A stretch of DNA of 64,000 bases from Entomortierella parvispora E1425 (GCA_020891255.1 BQFW01000001.1:1984001-2048000), one strand, 5' to 3'. Numbered from the stretch's first letter, positions 23,635 to 35,408 are shown. Notes: a model not told the origin generated them from the sequence alone. Made by a program: numbers and translations.

Positions 23635-25532
23635 ATGCTGCGAACGTTCCGAACCGCCGCCAAGGTGTCACCTTCATTCGTTGCCCAGAACCGCATTCGC
23701 ATGGTCAACGGTTGGCTCGGAGCCAGAGTCAATGTACGTTTATGGTGCTGTACCTGAACACAGAATGTTATTTTACAGACGCGCTTCCAGGGCTAATGTG
23801 TATTGCTGCTCCCCTGGACATTTTAACCATGTCATTAGATGTCTACCACCGCTGCGAAGGATGCCCCTGAGGTAATTTCGTCATTTCATTACATTCAGTA
23901 GAGGCGGTTGAATTGCAAGCCTTGAACTGGACCAAAATACTCACCTCAATATGTTTTTACCAGGCCGATGTTTTGCACCGGAAGCATCTTTCCAGCAGGA
24001 CCTTTGTTCTCAACAGACCCAAGGCCCTGAACGCTTTGAACTTGAGCATGGTCCGCAACATGACCCCTCAGCTGCAGGTCAGTTCCTTGTCATTACTCAC
24101 CGATCAATCCTAAAAGCATGATCCAGGGACAGACCCGCTAATATTTTACTCGATCCACCTTCCGTTGGAATAGGCCTGGGATGCTTCGGATCTTTGCAAA
24201 GTTATTGTCATCAAAGGATCAGGAGAGAAGGCTTTTTGCGCTGGTGGAGATGTTCGTCAGGTCGTCGAGCTGGCCCAAAACAAGAAGCATGACGAAGCAT
24301 TGGCTTTCTTTGCCGAAGAGTACAAGCTGAACCACATGATCGCCACTTTGAAGACCCCATTCGTCGCCATTCTTAATGGCATCACCAGTATGCTGACAGT
24401 GACATTTAGGACATGATTTGGAGAAAAAATGTACACGATTACTGACATTTCCGCGTTTGTTTGTTTATAGTGGGTGGTGGCGTTGGACTCTCTGTTCACG
24501 CTCCTTTCAGGATTGCCACCGAGAAGACATTGTTTGCGATGCCTGAGACCAACATTGGATTGTTCCCTGATGTTGGAGGATCGTTCTTTTTGCCTCGCTT
24601 GGATGGTGAGACCGGCACATACCTTGGCCTCGTTGGCACCCGCCTTAAGGGCATTGACACTGTGTAAGAAGCTGGATGGACAAGTATACTGGAACGCTCT
24701 GTCGCAAGCACGCACTTTTACTCACGTCACATGCATGTCTGTTTGAAACTTTAGCTATGCTGGAATTGCCACCCACTACGTTCCTTCTGAGCGCTTGGTT
24801 GCATTGGAGGACCGTCTCAGCGAATTGGAAACTGACAACCACGACGTGATCAACATGGCAATTGAGGATTTCGTCAGCGAGCCTCTTCACGATCACAAGT
24901 ACGCTATCTCTGACAACCGTAACGCCATCGACCGTTGCTTCCGTTTCAACACCATCGAGGAAATTGTCGCCGCCTTGGAGCAGGAGAACACCGACTTTGC
25001 CAAGAAGACCTTGAAGACCCTTCGATCTGTCTCCCCTACTTCCCTCAAAATTACCCTCCAGCAGATCCGCGAGGGCGCACATCTTGGTATTGCCGACTGC
25101 TTCAGAATGGAACACCAATTGGCCCGCGAGTGCTTGTATGGCAATGACTTTGCTGAGGGTGTCCGTGCGTTGTTAATCGACAAGACCAACGAGCCCCACT
25201 GGCAGCCTCCCACTATCGAGGCTGTTGACCGCGAGCAGATGCTGGGACAGTACTTCAGAAACGAAAGTCCCGTGCCTCTTGAGCTCTCGAGCACGACCAC
25301 ATACAACGAGTACCCTTACAGACGTTATGGTCTCCCCACGGAGGACGAGATCCGCTCAGTTGTGACTGGTGAGGCCGAGGGCAGTGGACCTTTGCAGTTG
25401 ACTGCTGAAGAGGTCGCTGATGTTTTGGTCAAGAAGAGCGGAGGCAAGATTGGTGTGCGCGAAAAGGTCATGGAGGTCCTTTCGCGCAAGGTCAGCAAGG
25501 GCGCTGAGGGCGAGCTCAAGTGGATCGACTAG
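23635..25532 (+). CDS. HIBCH: 3-hydroxyisobutyryl-CoA hydrolase, mitochondrial (crotonase family; HIBCH/EHD3-like); multi-exon
   Basis: Presequence [10 protein letters not shown]; [76 protein letters not shown]. Confidence 0.93.
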
Positions 25533-25913
25533 AATGAAGGCGTAGAAAAAAATCCAGATACATGTACACAGTAAAATTAGTTATCCTATCCTAATTACCT
25601 TAAGTTGTTTGTGAAACGAGGCCTTATCTTGCGCCCTATGGAAGCAGTCCGACGTGAGTAATACTGGTCATGAACTCTGTCGAAGAAAACGCTCCACAGA
25701 CCAGTCAACTTACTGTTGGACTGACTCGCCTCGAGCTCTTTCATGTGCCGTTCGTTGCCCTCTCTGTGGTACAGAACCCTTCTCTCATCGCACTAGATCG
25801 ATTCGTCCCTCGGTCTGTGCCTGGTTCTTTCTTGTTTTAAAATCTACGATTCGCCTCTTGTTTTTTTCACTCTTTCCTTTCAAATCGCCCCGACCCCTCT
25901 GTTTTTTTTCCCA

Positions 25914-27080
25914 ATGTGGTCCAAATTCTTGACCACGGCCACTAAGGCTCCTCAGGTGCGTTGCCAACAACCTCTGCGACCCCCCTTCTCTTAACCAGCA
26001 ATGGAACGCAGGAACCATACTTCTAAACCGCGATCCTGACTCTTTTCCTTCTTCGTCCACGTTGTCCACAGGTTGCCTCCAATGCAGGATCGCTCATGGC
26101 AGCCACCGCCGTCCGATCGCATCGAGTCATGAACCCAGTCTTTGCGCGACAGTCTTCCTCTTCGACGTCAGCCATCTCTTACAAAAAATCGCATCCTCAC
26201 AAGCGTCACCCAGCCTTGACCTCGCAATATCTCCACCCAGCCCCACCTTCAGCAGAGGAAGCCGTCTCCAACATTCTTTACAACACACCACCCATTGGAC
26301 GAGGCCAGACCAAGCAGCGTCATATCTTCAACTGTTTGGTTCAGAACGAACCTGGAGTGCTGAGTCGTGTCTCTGGTATTCTTGCAGGACGAGGCTTCAA
26401 CATTGACTCGCTCGTGGTCGCAAAGACTGAGGTTGCAGACCTCAGTCGTATGACGATTGTTCTTCGTGGCGAATCTTCCACAATTGAACAGGCCCGGAGG
26501 CAATTGGAGGACTTGGTAAGAAAACAAGACATGGATCACCCCCCGTTTTATTTTCCTTTGGTCACAGTCTCCCTAATCTCACCTCTTTCTTTCTCTCACG
26601 ATCCATTTTCAGGTGCCAGTGTGGGCGGTCTTGGATTACACTGGATTCAAAGTGATTGAGCGCGAGTTGTTGCTGATCAAGGTCTCGATCTTGGGACCAG
26701 AGCATGTCCGGGCCCAGATGACATCTCGTCAACCCAACAACTGGCAACTGGTCCATGAGGAAGCTGAGGACGATATGACGCCCTCGAACGCGTTGCGTCA
26801 GACACACGCTCATCTCAAGTCCTTGACTGAGCTTGCGAGGCTGTTCCAAGGCAAGGTTGTGGATGTCAGCGGTGAATGTGCTGTGATCGAGTTGTCGGCC
26901 AAGCCTGATCGTGTAGATGCGTTTGTGAAGCTGGTTAAGCCCTTTGGTATCTTGGAGGCCGCAAGAAGTGGAATGATGGCCATGCCTCGTTCGCCCATCT
27001 ATGACCGCCACGAGAACGAGGACGATGAGGTCCAAGAGGAGGGATCCGGTGTGGATGCCTCGTTGTTGCCTCCTGGATAA
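25914..27080 (+). CDS. ILV6: Acetolactate synthase regulatory (small) subunit, mitochondrial; 3 exons
   Basis: ACT domain HIFNCLVQNEPGVLSRVSGILAGRGFNIDSLVV; VPVWAVLDY; RELLLIKVS; FGILEAARSGMMAMPR. Confidence 0.96.
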
Positions 27081-27539
27081 AAAAAAAAAAGCGTCAATGA
27101 ACCAACACCCTTGTAAAAAAAAAAGTACTGCTTGCTACGATAATAAAAAGTGACAACATATTCCCACAATCTAAACTTGCATCGATCTGCGTTCCAACAT
27201 GGTCGGCCAACAGCCACAAGATTGAGTCAAGACAGTAAATTTTTTGAACGATTCCTTCGCCTTGAGTGACACTGCGCCAGTGGGTGATAAGAGTCAACGG
27301 ACTGTCAGGAGAATTTGCTGAAGGAGCAACAACGACGACAGCACTACGACAGATCGCCGAGGTGATACGCCCACGGATGCCAGCAAGAGGAATATCCGGA
27401 GGCGATCTTTTGACAACAAACACCGTGTTGTGGGGATGAACCAAAAGGGCGCTAGAGAGGAATCGGTCCGTCGACAGCAGCGACGGCAGCGACGGCAGCG
27501 ACAGCGTACACACAGAGCACCGAGGTTGATCCGGAGACA

Positions 27540-27630
27540 CATAGCAGACAAGACAGACAAGACAGACACACAGACACAGACAAGGCAAACAGACAAGGCA
27601 GAGAGACAGACAGACAGACAGACAGAGGCA
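27540..27630. repeat. Compound (GACA)n/(CAGA)n microsatellite between ILV6 and the LEU2 fusion
   Basis: Runs such as gacaagacagacaagacagacacacagacacaga and gagagacagacagacagacagacaga. Confidence 0.8.
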
Positions 27631-27869
27631 GGCAGCCCAAAAAGACAGCAAACAGTCATAACTCACACAGGCCCCTTTTAGGTTTGTGATGGATGCGGGT
27701 GTGTGGTGCGAGTGCTTGCATGGGATTTGTGCGAGCGATAGGCGGATAGACTCATGTGGGTCACTGATTCTGCTCTGCCTGTGATTGTCCCCTGCTGATC
27801 CTATGCCAAATGCGGAAGAGATGCCCCGAGGTCGCCGAGACTGGCTGCATGTAGGCCGAAGGGCGAGCG

Positions 27870-27876
27870 TATAAAG
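27870..27876 (+). promoter_or_regulatory. TATA box of the LEU2-dehydratase fusion gene
   Basis: TATAAAG about 265 bp upstream of ATG 28136, followed by a long pyrimidine tract. Confidence 0.45.
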
Positions 27877-28135
27877 AGACGGCCGCTCGTCGTCGCCCTC
27901 TTCTTCTTCTTCTTCTTCTTTTTCCTTATACTCATCATCCTCTTCTCTCTCTTCCCCTCCTCTCCCCAGTCCTTCTTTCTCCTTGGCGAGCTTCTTTCTA
28001 TTTGATCTACATCTTTCTTGCTCCTCAATCCGATCTCTCTTGTTCGTTCATACCCCTTTCTGACAAAGTAACGAAACAGCTGTACACTTTTCCCACCCTC
28101 CTCCCTTTTCTAAAACAACCTCCCCCATATACACA

Positions 28136-31100
28136 ATGACCGTTACCCCCAAGCAGTCCACAGTCGTTCTCTTGCCCGGAGACGGAGTCGGTCCCGAGGT
28201 AATTGCCGAGGCCAAGCGCGTCCTTGAGCTTGTTGCCCAAGTCCGCCAACACAAGGTCCAGATCACATTCAAGGAAGAGCTGATCGGCGGTGCTTCTATC
28301 GATGCTTCTGGTAAGTCCCTGGTTTCCCTCTTCTTTTTCTTTCCCCTTGGTGCAGCAGTGGATAACAAAAGAGATGGGTGGGAGGTACAAGCGCAAGCGC
28401 AAGTCGAGTTTATTCATGCAAACGCTACGAAAAGGAGATAGCAGGCGGCGATGTGGGGCCACGAAAGAGTTTACCTTAACTAGGTGACTGACTGACACAC
28501 AATTGGCTCGGATTCTAATCTCGCTGCTCCCATTGAACCATAGGCACTGCGCTCACGGAAAAGGCTCTTGCTTCCTGCAAAGCCGCAGACGCCATTCTCC
28601 TCGGTGCAGTAGGAGGCCCCAAGTGGGCCACTGGAAACCCCAGACCTGAGCAGGGCCTCCTCGCTCTCCGAAAGAGCCTTGATCTCTATGCCAACCTCCG
28701 CCCCTGCACCTTTGCTTCGGACGCCCTCATCTCACACTCACCTCTCAAGGAATCAATCGTAAAGGGAGTCGATTTCATGATGATCCGCGAGTTGGTTGGT
28801 GGCATCTACTTTGGTGACCGCAAGGAGGCCACCGAGGAGGATGGCTATGCCTATGATACCCTTCCTTACTCAAGGGCCGAGGTTGAGCGTGTCACTCGTC
28901 TCGCCGCCGCGTTGGCTCTCCAGCACGAGCCTGCCTGGCCAATTCACTCGATCGACAAGGCAAACGTCCTTGCCTCCTCTCGTCTCTGGCGCAAGACTGT
29001 CACAGAAGTCATTGAGAAGGAGTTCCCTCAGCTCAAGGTCAACCACCACTTGGTCGACTCTGCCGCCATGTTCTTGGTCAAGAACCCTCGCGGATTGAAC
29101 GGTGTCATTTTGACTGAAAACATGTTTGGTGATATTCTCTCGGACGAGGCATCGGTCATCCCCGGATCCCTCGGACTCTTGCCCTCTGCCTCCTTGAGCG
29201 GTCTTCCTGAGAAGGGCAAACCTTGCTTGGGAGTCTATGAGCCTATTCACGGATCAGCACCCGATATCGCTGGCCAGGGAATTGCCAACCCTGTCGGTAC
29301 CATTCTTTCTGCCGCCATGTTGTTGCGCTACTCTCTTGACATGGAAGCCGAGGCCGTTGCCATTGAGGATTCTGTCCGCAAGGTCTTGGATGACGCTGAT
29401 CGTGCTGGATATGCCTTCCGCACCCGCGATTTGGGCGGTAACAAGTCCACCAAGGAGATGGGTGACAAGATCTTGGAGGTTCTCGAGAAGGAGCTCTACG
29501 GTCTTAACGCCGCGGAGGGGGCTCCCGTTTTCCGCCCCTTGGCCATTGGCCGCCCCGCTGGTCGCCGTGGAATGACCATCTCTGAAAAGATTATTGCTCA
29601 CAACGCCATTGGTCTTTCCGCACCTGGAAATGTTAAGCCTGGCGATATGGTTTGTGTTTCAGTAGACTGGACTTTGGCCTCCGAATTGACCTGGAAGGGC
29701 ATGGACAAGACTTACGACTCTATGGGCCGTCCTTCGGTCTACCGTAACGATCGTTTCTGGCTCGCCATTGATCACACTGTCGACCCCAGCATCAACCATC
29801 TCCCCAAGCCCACCGAGCTCATCAAGGCCTCGACCGACTTTGCCAAGGAGGCCAAGCTTATTGATTTCTATGGCGCCAACTACTCCATTCTTCACACCGA
29901 GTTCTACCGTGAGCGTGCTCAGCCTGGTCAGATGATCATTGGTGCCGATTCTCACTCGTGCTCTGCCGGTGCTGTTGGTGCCTTTGCTGTCGGACTCGGT
30001 GCTGCTGATGTTGTGATGCCTTTGGTCACTGGTGAGACGTGGTTCAAGGTTCCCGAGACTGTCGAAATTCGCTTTGTGAACCAGCCTCCTTTCGGTATTG
30101 GTGGAAAGGATGCCATTCTCTATGTCCTCCAGCAGCTCAAGCGCAACACTGTTGCCTTCGAGCGCTCTGTCGAATACACTGGACCTGGTCTCAAGCACTT
30201 GTCTTGCGATGCCCGCTTTGCCTTGTCCAACATGGCCACTGAGTTTGGTGGTATTGCTGGTGTGTGCGAGGCTGATGAGACTACTGCCGCCTACATTGCC
30301 AAGCGCAAGAACCCTCAGCACAAGAACTCTGCCCTGTACTTCAAGGCCGATGAGGATGCTGAGTATGCCGAGACCCACATTATCGATTTGTCCAAGGTTG
30401 AATCTTTGGTCGCCTTGTACCCCGATCCCGATAACTGCGTCGATGTGGATGCCTGCGCCGGAACCAAGCTCGATGGATGCTTCATTGGAGCCTGCACAAC
30501 TGCCGAAGAGGATTTGATTTTGGCTGCTTTGGTCTTGGAGGCTGGTCTCAAGAAGGGTCTCGTCCCTGCTTTGGGAGGCAAGCGTAAGGTTACCCCTGGA
30601 TCCGTCCCAATTGTTGCCAAGCTCCGTCGCTTGGGATTGCTCAAGATCTACGAGCAGGCTGGTTTCGAGATTGGTGCTCCTGGATGCTCTTACTGCATTG
30701 CTGTCGCTGCCGATCAGGCTGGTGAGGGTGAGGTTTGGTTGTCTTCTCAGAACCGTAACTTCCGTAACCGCATGGGCAAGGGTGCCATCGGTAACTTGGC
30801 CTCGGCCGCCACTGTCGCTGCTTCTGCCTTTGATATGAAGATTCGCAACCCTCGCGATCTTTTGGACAGCATTGACCGCGTTCGTTACGAGGAGATGTTG
30901 GAGCAGTGGATTGAGAAGGGCAAGCCTGTCGTCTACTCTGAGCCCGCTCCCATCCTTTACAACGCCGCCACCGACAGCGGTTCCCTCCCTGCCCCTCCTC
31001 CTTCGTTCTCGGCCACCATCACTGGACGCGTCCAGCGCTTTGAGGACAACATTGATACCGATGCCATCATCCCCGCCCAATTCATGCCCGGAACTTCAGA

Positions 31101-31611
31101 CAAGGACTTGGGTACCCACGCTTTCCAGTTTGTTAAGCCCGAATTCAGGGAGTTGGCCGCTCAGGGTTACGACATTGTGGTCGGAGGCAGTGGTTTTGGA
31201 TCTGGTTCGTCTCGTGAGGAGGCTCCTCGTGCTCTTTTGGGTGCTGGCATTAAGGCCGTCATTGCCAAGTCGTACGCTTTCATCTATGCCCGTAACCAGC
31301 CCAACATGTCGTTGCTCGGAATCACCATCGAGGACGAGTCCTTCTATGAGCATGCTCAGGAGGGAGCTGAGATCTCGATTGATGTCAAGGAGCGCAAGGT
31401 GCACTGCGGCGGTCAGGTCTATCCCTTTGGTTTGTCTTTGATGGAGGAGCGTCTCTTGGCCGGAGGTGGTGTCACTGAGATGTACAAGACCTACGGCAAG
31501 CAGTTGTTCCGTGTCGCCACTGCTCCCGAGGCCAAGTCCAGCTCATGCGGAACTGAAGTCAAGGCTGCCTCCAAGAGCAACTGCGGCGATGACAGCGAAC
31601 TCGCCTGGTAA
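28136..31611 (+). CDS. LEU2: Fusion protein of 1080 aa: 3-isopropylmalate dehydrogenase + aconitase-family (isopropylmalate-dehydratase-like) large and small subunits; exons 28136-28310, 28544-31611
   Basis: IPMDH motifs [68 protein letters not shown]. The same frame continues without a stop into [53 protein letters not shown]. Confidence 0.92.
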
Positions 31612-31752
31612 ACCAACATCATTTGCAAGCATTCATAAACCCAACTCAATAAATGTATATAATTGTCATTGTTATAAAAACGCGAGCGTCATGGTATTGT
31701 AAAAAAAAAAGGTGATGTTGAAAAGCTAAGAGGGCGAAGAATTATTTTCTGT

Positions 31753-33352
31753 TTACTGCTCCTTCTTGGTTTCCTCCTTGGTCTCCTTGTCGTAGTAGCG
31801 ATCCAACACTTCCTTTGTCCACTCGCCAAAGTTTCGACCATCTTCGGTAACGATGGTCTCGAGCGAGGGCTGCATGAAGACTGCAAAAGTGTTGCGAGCC
31901 AAGGTTGAGTAGCGAGTAGGATCCTCTTCAGGGGCAGTGGCGCCACGAACGCAATGGGGCGTTGCGGCCAAGAGACCTCTGGTCGCCAACTGAAGAGCCT
32001 CTCCTGTCTGGAAAGCGAGATGGTCTCTTGGGATCGAGGCCTTGATTACCTCTTGACCACGGTTACGAATGTAAAGACCAGCATCAGGGTCTGGGCAAGC
32101 GACTTCCTTCAGTGTCAACTTGCCGTCCTCCGAAACCTGCGACTCATCAATGAACATGGCGCTGGTCAGCCCAGTAAGAGATCCATGATCCAAATGCCAT
32201 CCACACCAAGAATCCATGTCATCCTTCTTTTCCGTGCTTGCACCATCCTCGGTAGCTGTGGTTTGAGGGTAGTAGTGCAAAAGACGGGCTTTCGTGGTCT
32301 TTGACTTTTCAATCACGTCCTGAAGATGAGTTGCAGAAAAGGATCCGTGGGCCAATTTGGCAGCCACAAAGGCATCGCAGGCCTTGCCGACCAATTTACC
32401 GACTCCCACAATGAACTGGCCCAACTCCTTGAAAGCGACCTCCAGCTCTGGCAAGTCATCCGAGGGCCACACGTTAGGGTGGCAGTACTCTGGGAATTGC
32501 TCCTGAAGTGTTTTGGAAGCCTCGGGCTCATCGATCACAGGGTTGGCATAGTAACTTCCCTTGGACAAGTCTAAACCACGGACCAAATGAAAGAAGGTAA
32601 AAAAAAAAGTGGGTCAGAGAGGCGTCCAACAACAAAAATCCGGGGTATGCATGATCCAACGTCGCACAATTGCCAAATCGGCGGCATTCTCGTTTGAAAA
32701 ATAACAACGGCGGAGGTACTTTTGCAAATGTACTCCAGCGAAGTGGTCCGGTTCAATCGTCCGGAGGTCCCATCCTTTAAGCATCATGGATGAGTCCAGA
32801 AATCAACTTTCCCACGCCTTCCCTCCCTTCACCCCCCACAGTTTTTCCCACACAGCAGAGGTGAATGCGTGCTCCAAGTTGAGATGTCCGTTCTCCGTGG
32901 CACACAGAAGGCATACCTGGCTTTCCATTCATGATTTCTTTGCCACAGCTCCAGCCAAAGCTGTAACGACTGTCCGCATGGACCGTCTTTTCCTTGACTT
33001 CCTCTGGCAAAGCAGCAAAAACAGAAGCCAATCTCAAGAGTCTTTCACGTTTGGCCAGATAGTCCGAGGGCAGGTTCTTGACCAACAAAAGTCCAAGACA
33101 AGAGTCGTGGGCACCAAAGGCTCTCTCGATGTCAGAGGAGATGTCCTTGTTCGAGACCAAGTCCTGGTAATCAATCACAACGACTGAGTTTGGGTTCTAG
33201 ATGGATGTTTTTTTTTAAAAAAAAAAGAAAAGTCCAAGGGAAAGAAACAGAGTACAGAAAGGGTGAGGTTCAGTTTTTTTTGTTCAATTAGTTTTGGAGC
33301 TGACATGCATGTAGTAGCCAAGTACGGTCGAAATATAATTTACCGAAGCCAT
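31753..33352 (-). CDS. 2-oxoglutarate/Fe(II)-dependent dioxygenase-like (clavaminate synthase-like fold); multi-exon, first exon ATG GCT TCG
   Basis: DIOX_N-like VVVIDYQDL...GLLLVKNLP; YSFGWSCGKE; KGSYYANP; ARLLHYYP; HxD motif WCGWHLDHGSLTGL; distal His ATPHCVRG. Confidence 0.88.
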
Positions 33353-34656
33353 GTTGCAGAGAGATGAATGAGTGAGGTGAGTAAGTGCTTGGTGAGGGCT
33401 ACTTGAGTCCAGAATAATGCGAAAAGAAGAAAGGGAAGGGGATGTGAAGAAGAATGATTTCAAGATGCCAGACACAATGAACGGGACCGAGGAGACGCCA
33501 CCAAAAGTCATTGTTGAGCACGTGAATGATGTTGACCAAAATGCGTTGCACACGACCTCGAAACAAAAACCGCAAGGATTTCGGACACAAACAACGGTAG
33601 CCTTCCATTCGTACCAGTTCGGCCCCAGTCATCACAGCCGGCTTTCATGGTCATCATCATCTTCTAACTCTATGACAGGCCGAAGAGTTGGCGATGGCGC
33701 GGTCGACTCCATGGTTGTCCCGGCATTTGAAGGGGCCAGGTGAAGCAATTGAAGATGAAGCAATTATGGTTTCCGTCCTTCTGCCATCGGACAGCGGGTC
33801 AATCCAGTCCAGTCCACCTTCGTTCTCCCCTTTCTGCAATTGTCGATATGCCTCAATGTTGTTTTGATGATGGCTAGCCATACCAAAGCACAACAAGACT
33901 TGGTCAATAAACATCACAGATTAAATTTCATTGTAGTTACAATATTTCAATGCCTACACGTTGTTGTAGGATACGAACAAGGCCCTGAACATGCGCCTTA
34001 ATATCGGACTTTGCCAAGGGTAGTTTATACACCAGATGTGACCCAAAGACCGATACGCATGAATTTGTGGGAATTTGTGGCACCTGGAAGGATTTAAAGG
34101 CGTGGTCTATTCTGAAATGTTACCCTTCGAGGAATTTGGAGCTATAGCCTATAAATGCTTCAAGGGAGAGTAAGCAGGAGAATACTCACCTCCAACGCTG
34201 AGGAGACAAGGTGAATATTGAATTTTGCCGCTCCTGGTCGCATTGTGTCTCTGACTGCGTGCTCATCCCTATTACGTTCGCTCTTGTACCCTCTGTCATT
34301 TCACATGGACTCCTTCGTTCTCATCGAGCGTGGCGTGTGTGAAGAGTGAAGAGTGGGCGACTGTGCTACATTGCGTTCAGTTGCAGCTCACTCTCTCCTT
34401 TTCCTTCTGTGTCTTTTCTCGATTCTTTCATCGGTCTCCGCTCTTGACGTGAGATTCGTTGCTGGCTGGATTATCTGCTGGGCAAACGGTGGTCTGCAAG
34501 GAAAATACGTACACTCGGGACAGTGCCACTTTCCGTCTTTTCCTTCCGCTTTTCTTTCTCTCCGTCTTCACAGTTGCTTGCCTTTTTTTTTTTTTTTTTT
34601 TTTTTTTTGGCCTCACTCAGGTACATCATCTGACTCCATCAAATACAACCAGTGAA

Positions 34657-35408
34657 CGGATCTGAGAATGGGCCGTTTCTTGACGAGTTGGGCGAAAAAC
34701 ACAGATCCTTGATTTTACAAGCTGGATCGAAACTCCAAGTCAAAAGAAACACATCGCATCTGGTCCTGCATGCAGGCGACAGCCTTTCATTAGTGAACAT
34801 TGCTGTCCAAAGTGAGGATCACCTTATTATAGGACGGCATCCAACGAGCGCACGGTCGGTTTTGAACGAGTTGTTTAAAAAAAACACGAATCGCAATGAT
34901 TTTAGCATGGACCGATGTTCCTCGACGAGTGAACCACAGCGCACCTGATCGTGCATGCGGGCGGCGATATTTTGCTAGTCAACATTGCTACTTAAAGCCT
35001 ACATTTCAATATGTCAACTGCCTAAGATGCAATCGTTATGGGGACAAGGGATTTCTGCTCCACACGGACAGCAATGTTCACTAATGAAAGGCTGTTGCCT
35101 GCATGCAGGATCAGACGCGATGTGTTTCCGTTGACTTGGAGTTTTCTTCCAACTAGTAAAATTAAGGATCTATGTTTTTCGCCAAAGTCGCCAAAAAACG
35201 ACCCTTTCTCATATCTCGATGGATGCTGTCCTGGAGTCAGGTGATCCCCACTTTGGACAGCAATGTTCACTAATGAAAGGTTGTTGTCTGCATGCAAGAC
35301 CAAGTGCGCTGTGATTTTTTCGGTTTGGAGTTTCGAACCATCTGGTAAAATCAAGGATCTGTGTTTTTCGCCCAACTCGTCAAGAAACGACCAATTCGCA
35401 AATCTGCA
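34657..35408. repeat. Four ~150-bp homologous units arranged as two direct plus two inverted copies (large quasi-palindrome); possible non-autonomous foldback/MITE-like element
   Basis: Units: A ~34666-34825 (+), degenerate D ~34853-34997 (+), B ~35061-35207 (-), C ~35239-35397 (-). A versus reverse-complemented C differs at about 17 of 150 ungapped nt by manual alignment. Confidence 0.85.

Noticed and set aside
27094-27681. Cys/Leu/Val-rich ORFs between ILV6 and LEU2
   Set aside because: They are translations of the (GACA)n microsatellite.
21243-28135. Leu3-type CCG-N4-CGG sites in the cluster promoters
   Set aside because: I looked by eye and did not find a clean match upstream of ILV2, ILV5, ILV6 or the LEU2 fusion.
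29659-31080. 473-aa antisense ORF, and similar long antisense ORFs over RPS2, COX10 and WASP
   Set aside because: Shadow ORFs caused by strong codon bias or low complexity on the coding strand.
31654-31661. Puf3-like element TGTATATA in the LEU2 fusion 3' UTR
   Set aside because: A single 8-mer, not shared by the 3' ends of the mitochondrial genes I inspected; likely chance.
18816-33352. Secondary-metabolite cluster with AHAS as a self-resistance gene
   Set aside because: No PKS, NRPS, terpene synthase, transporter or pathway-specific transcription factor is present in or next to the block. All members are BCAA enzymes, so self-resistance is not supported by this window.
33400-34330. Possible minus-strand multi-exon gene (splice-like signals; ORF 33657-33917)
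   Set aside because: No continuous reading frame with a start codon could be assembled and no family motif was recognised. It may be a relic.
34657-35408. CRISPR-like or autonomous transposon interpretation of the repeats
   Set aside because: The units are ~150 bp with mixed orientation and no spacer pattern. There is no transposase or reverse transcriptase ORF, and the context is eukaryotic.
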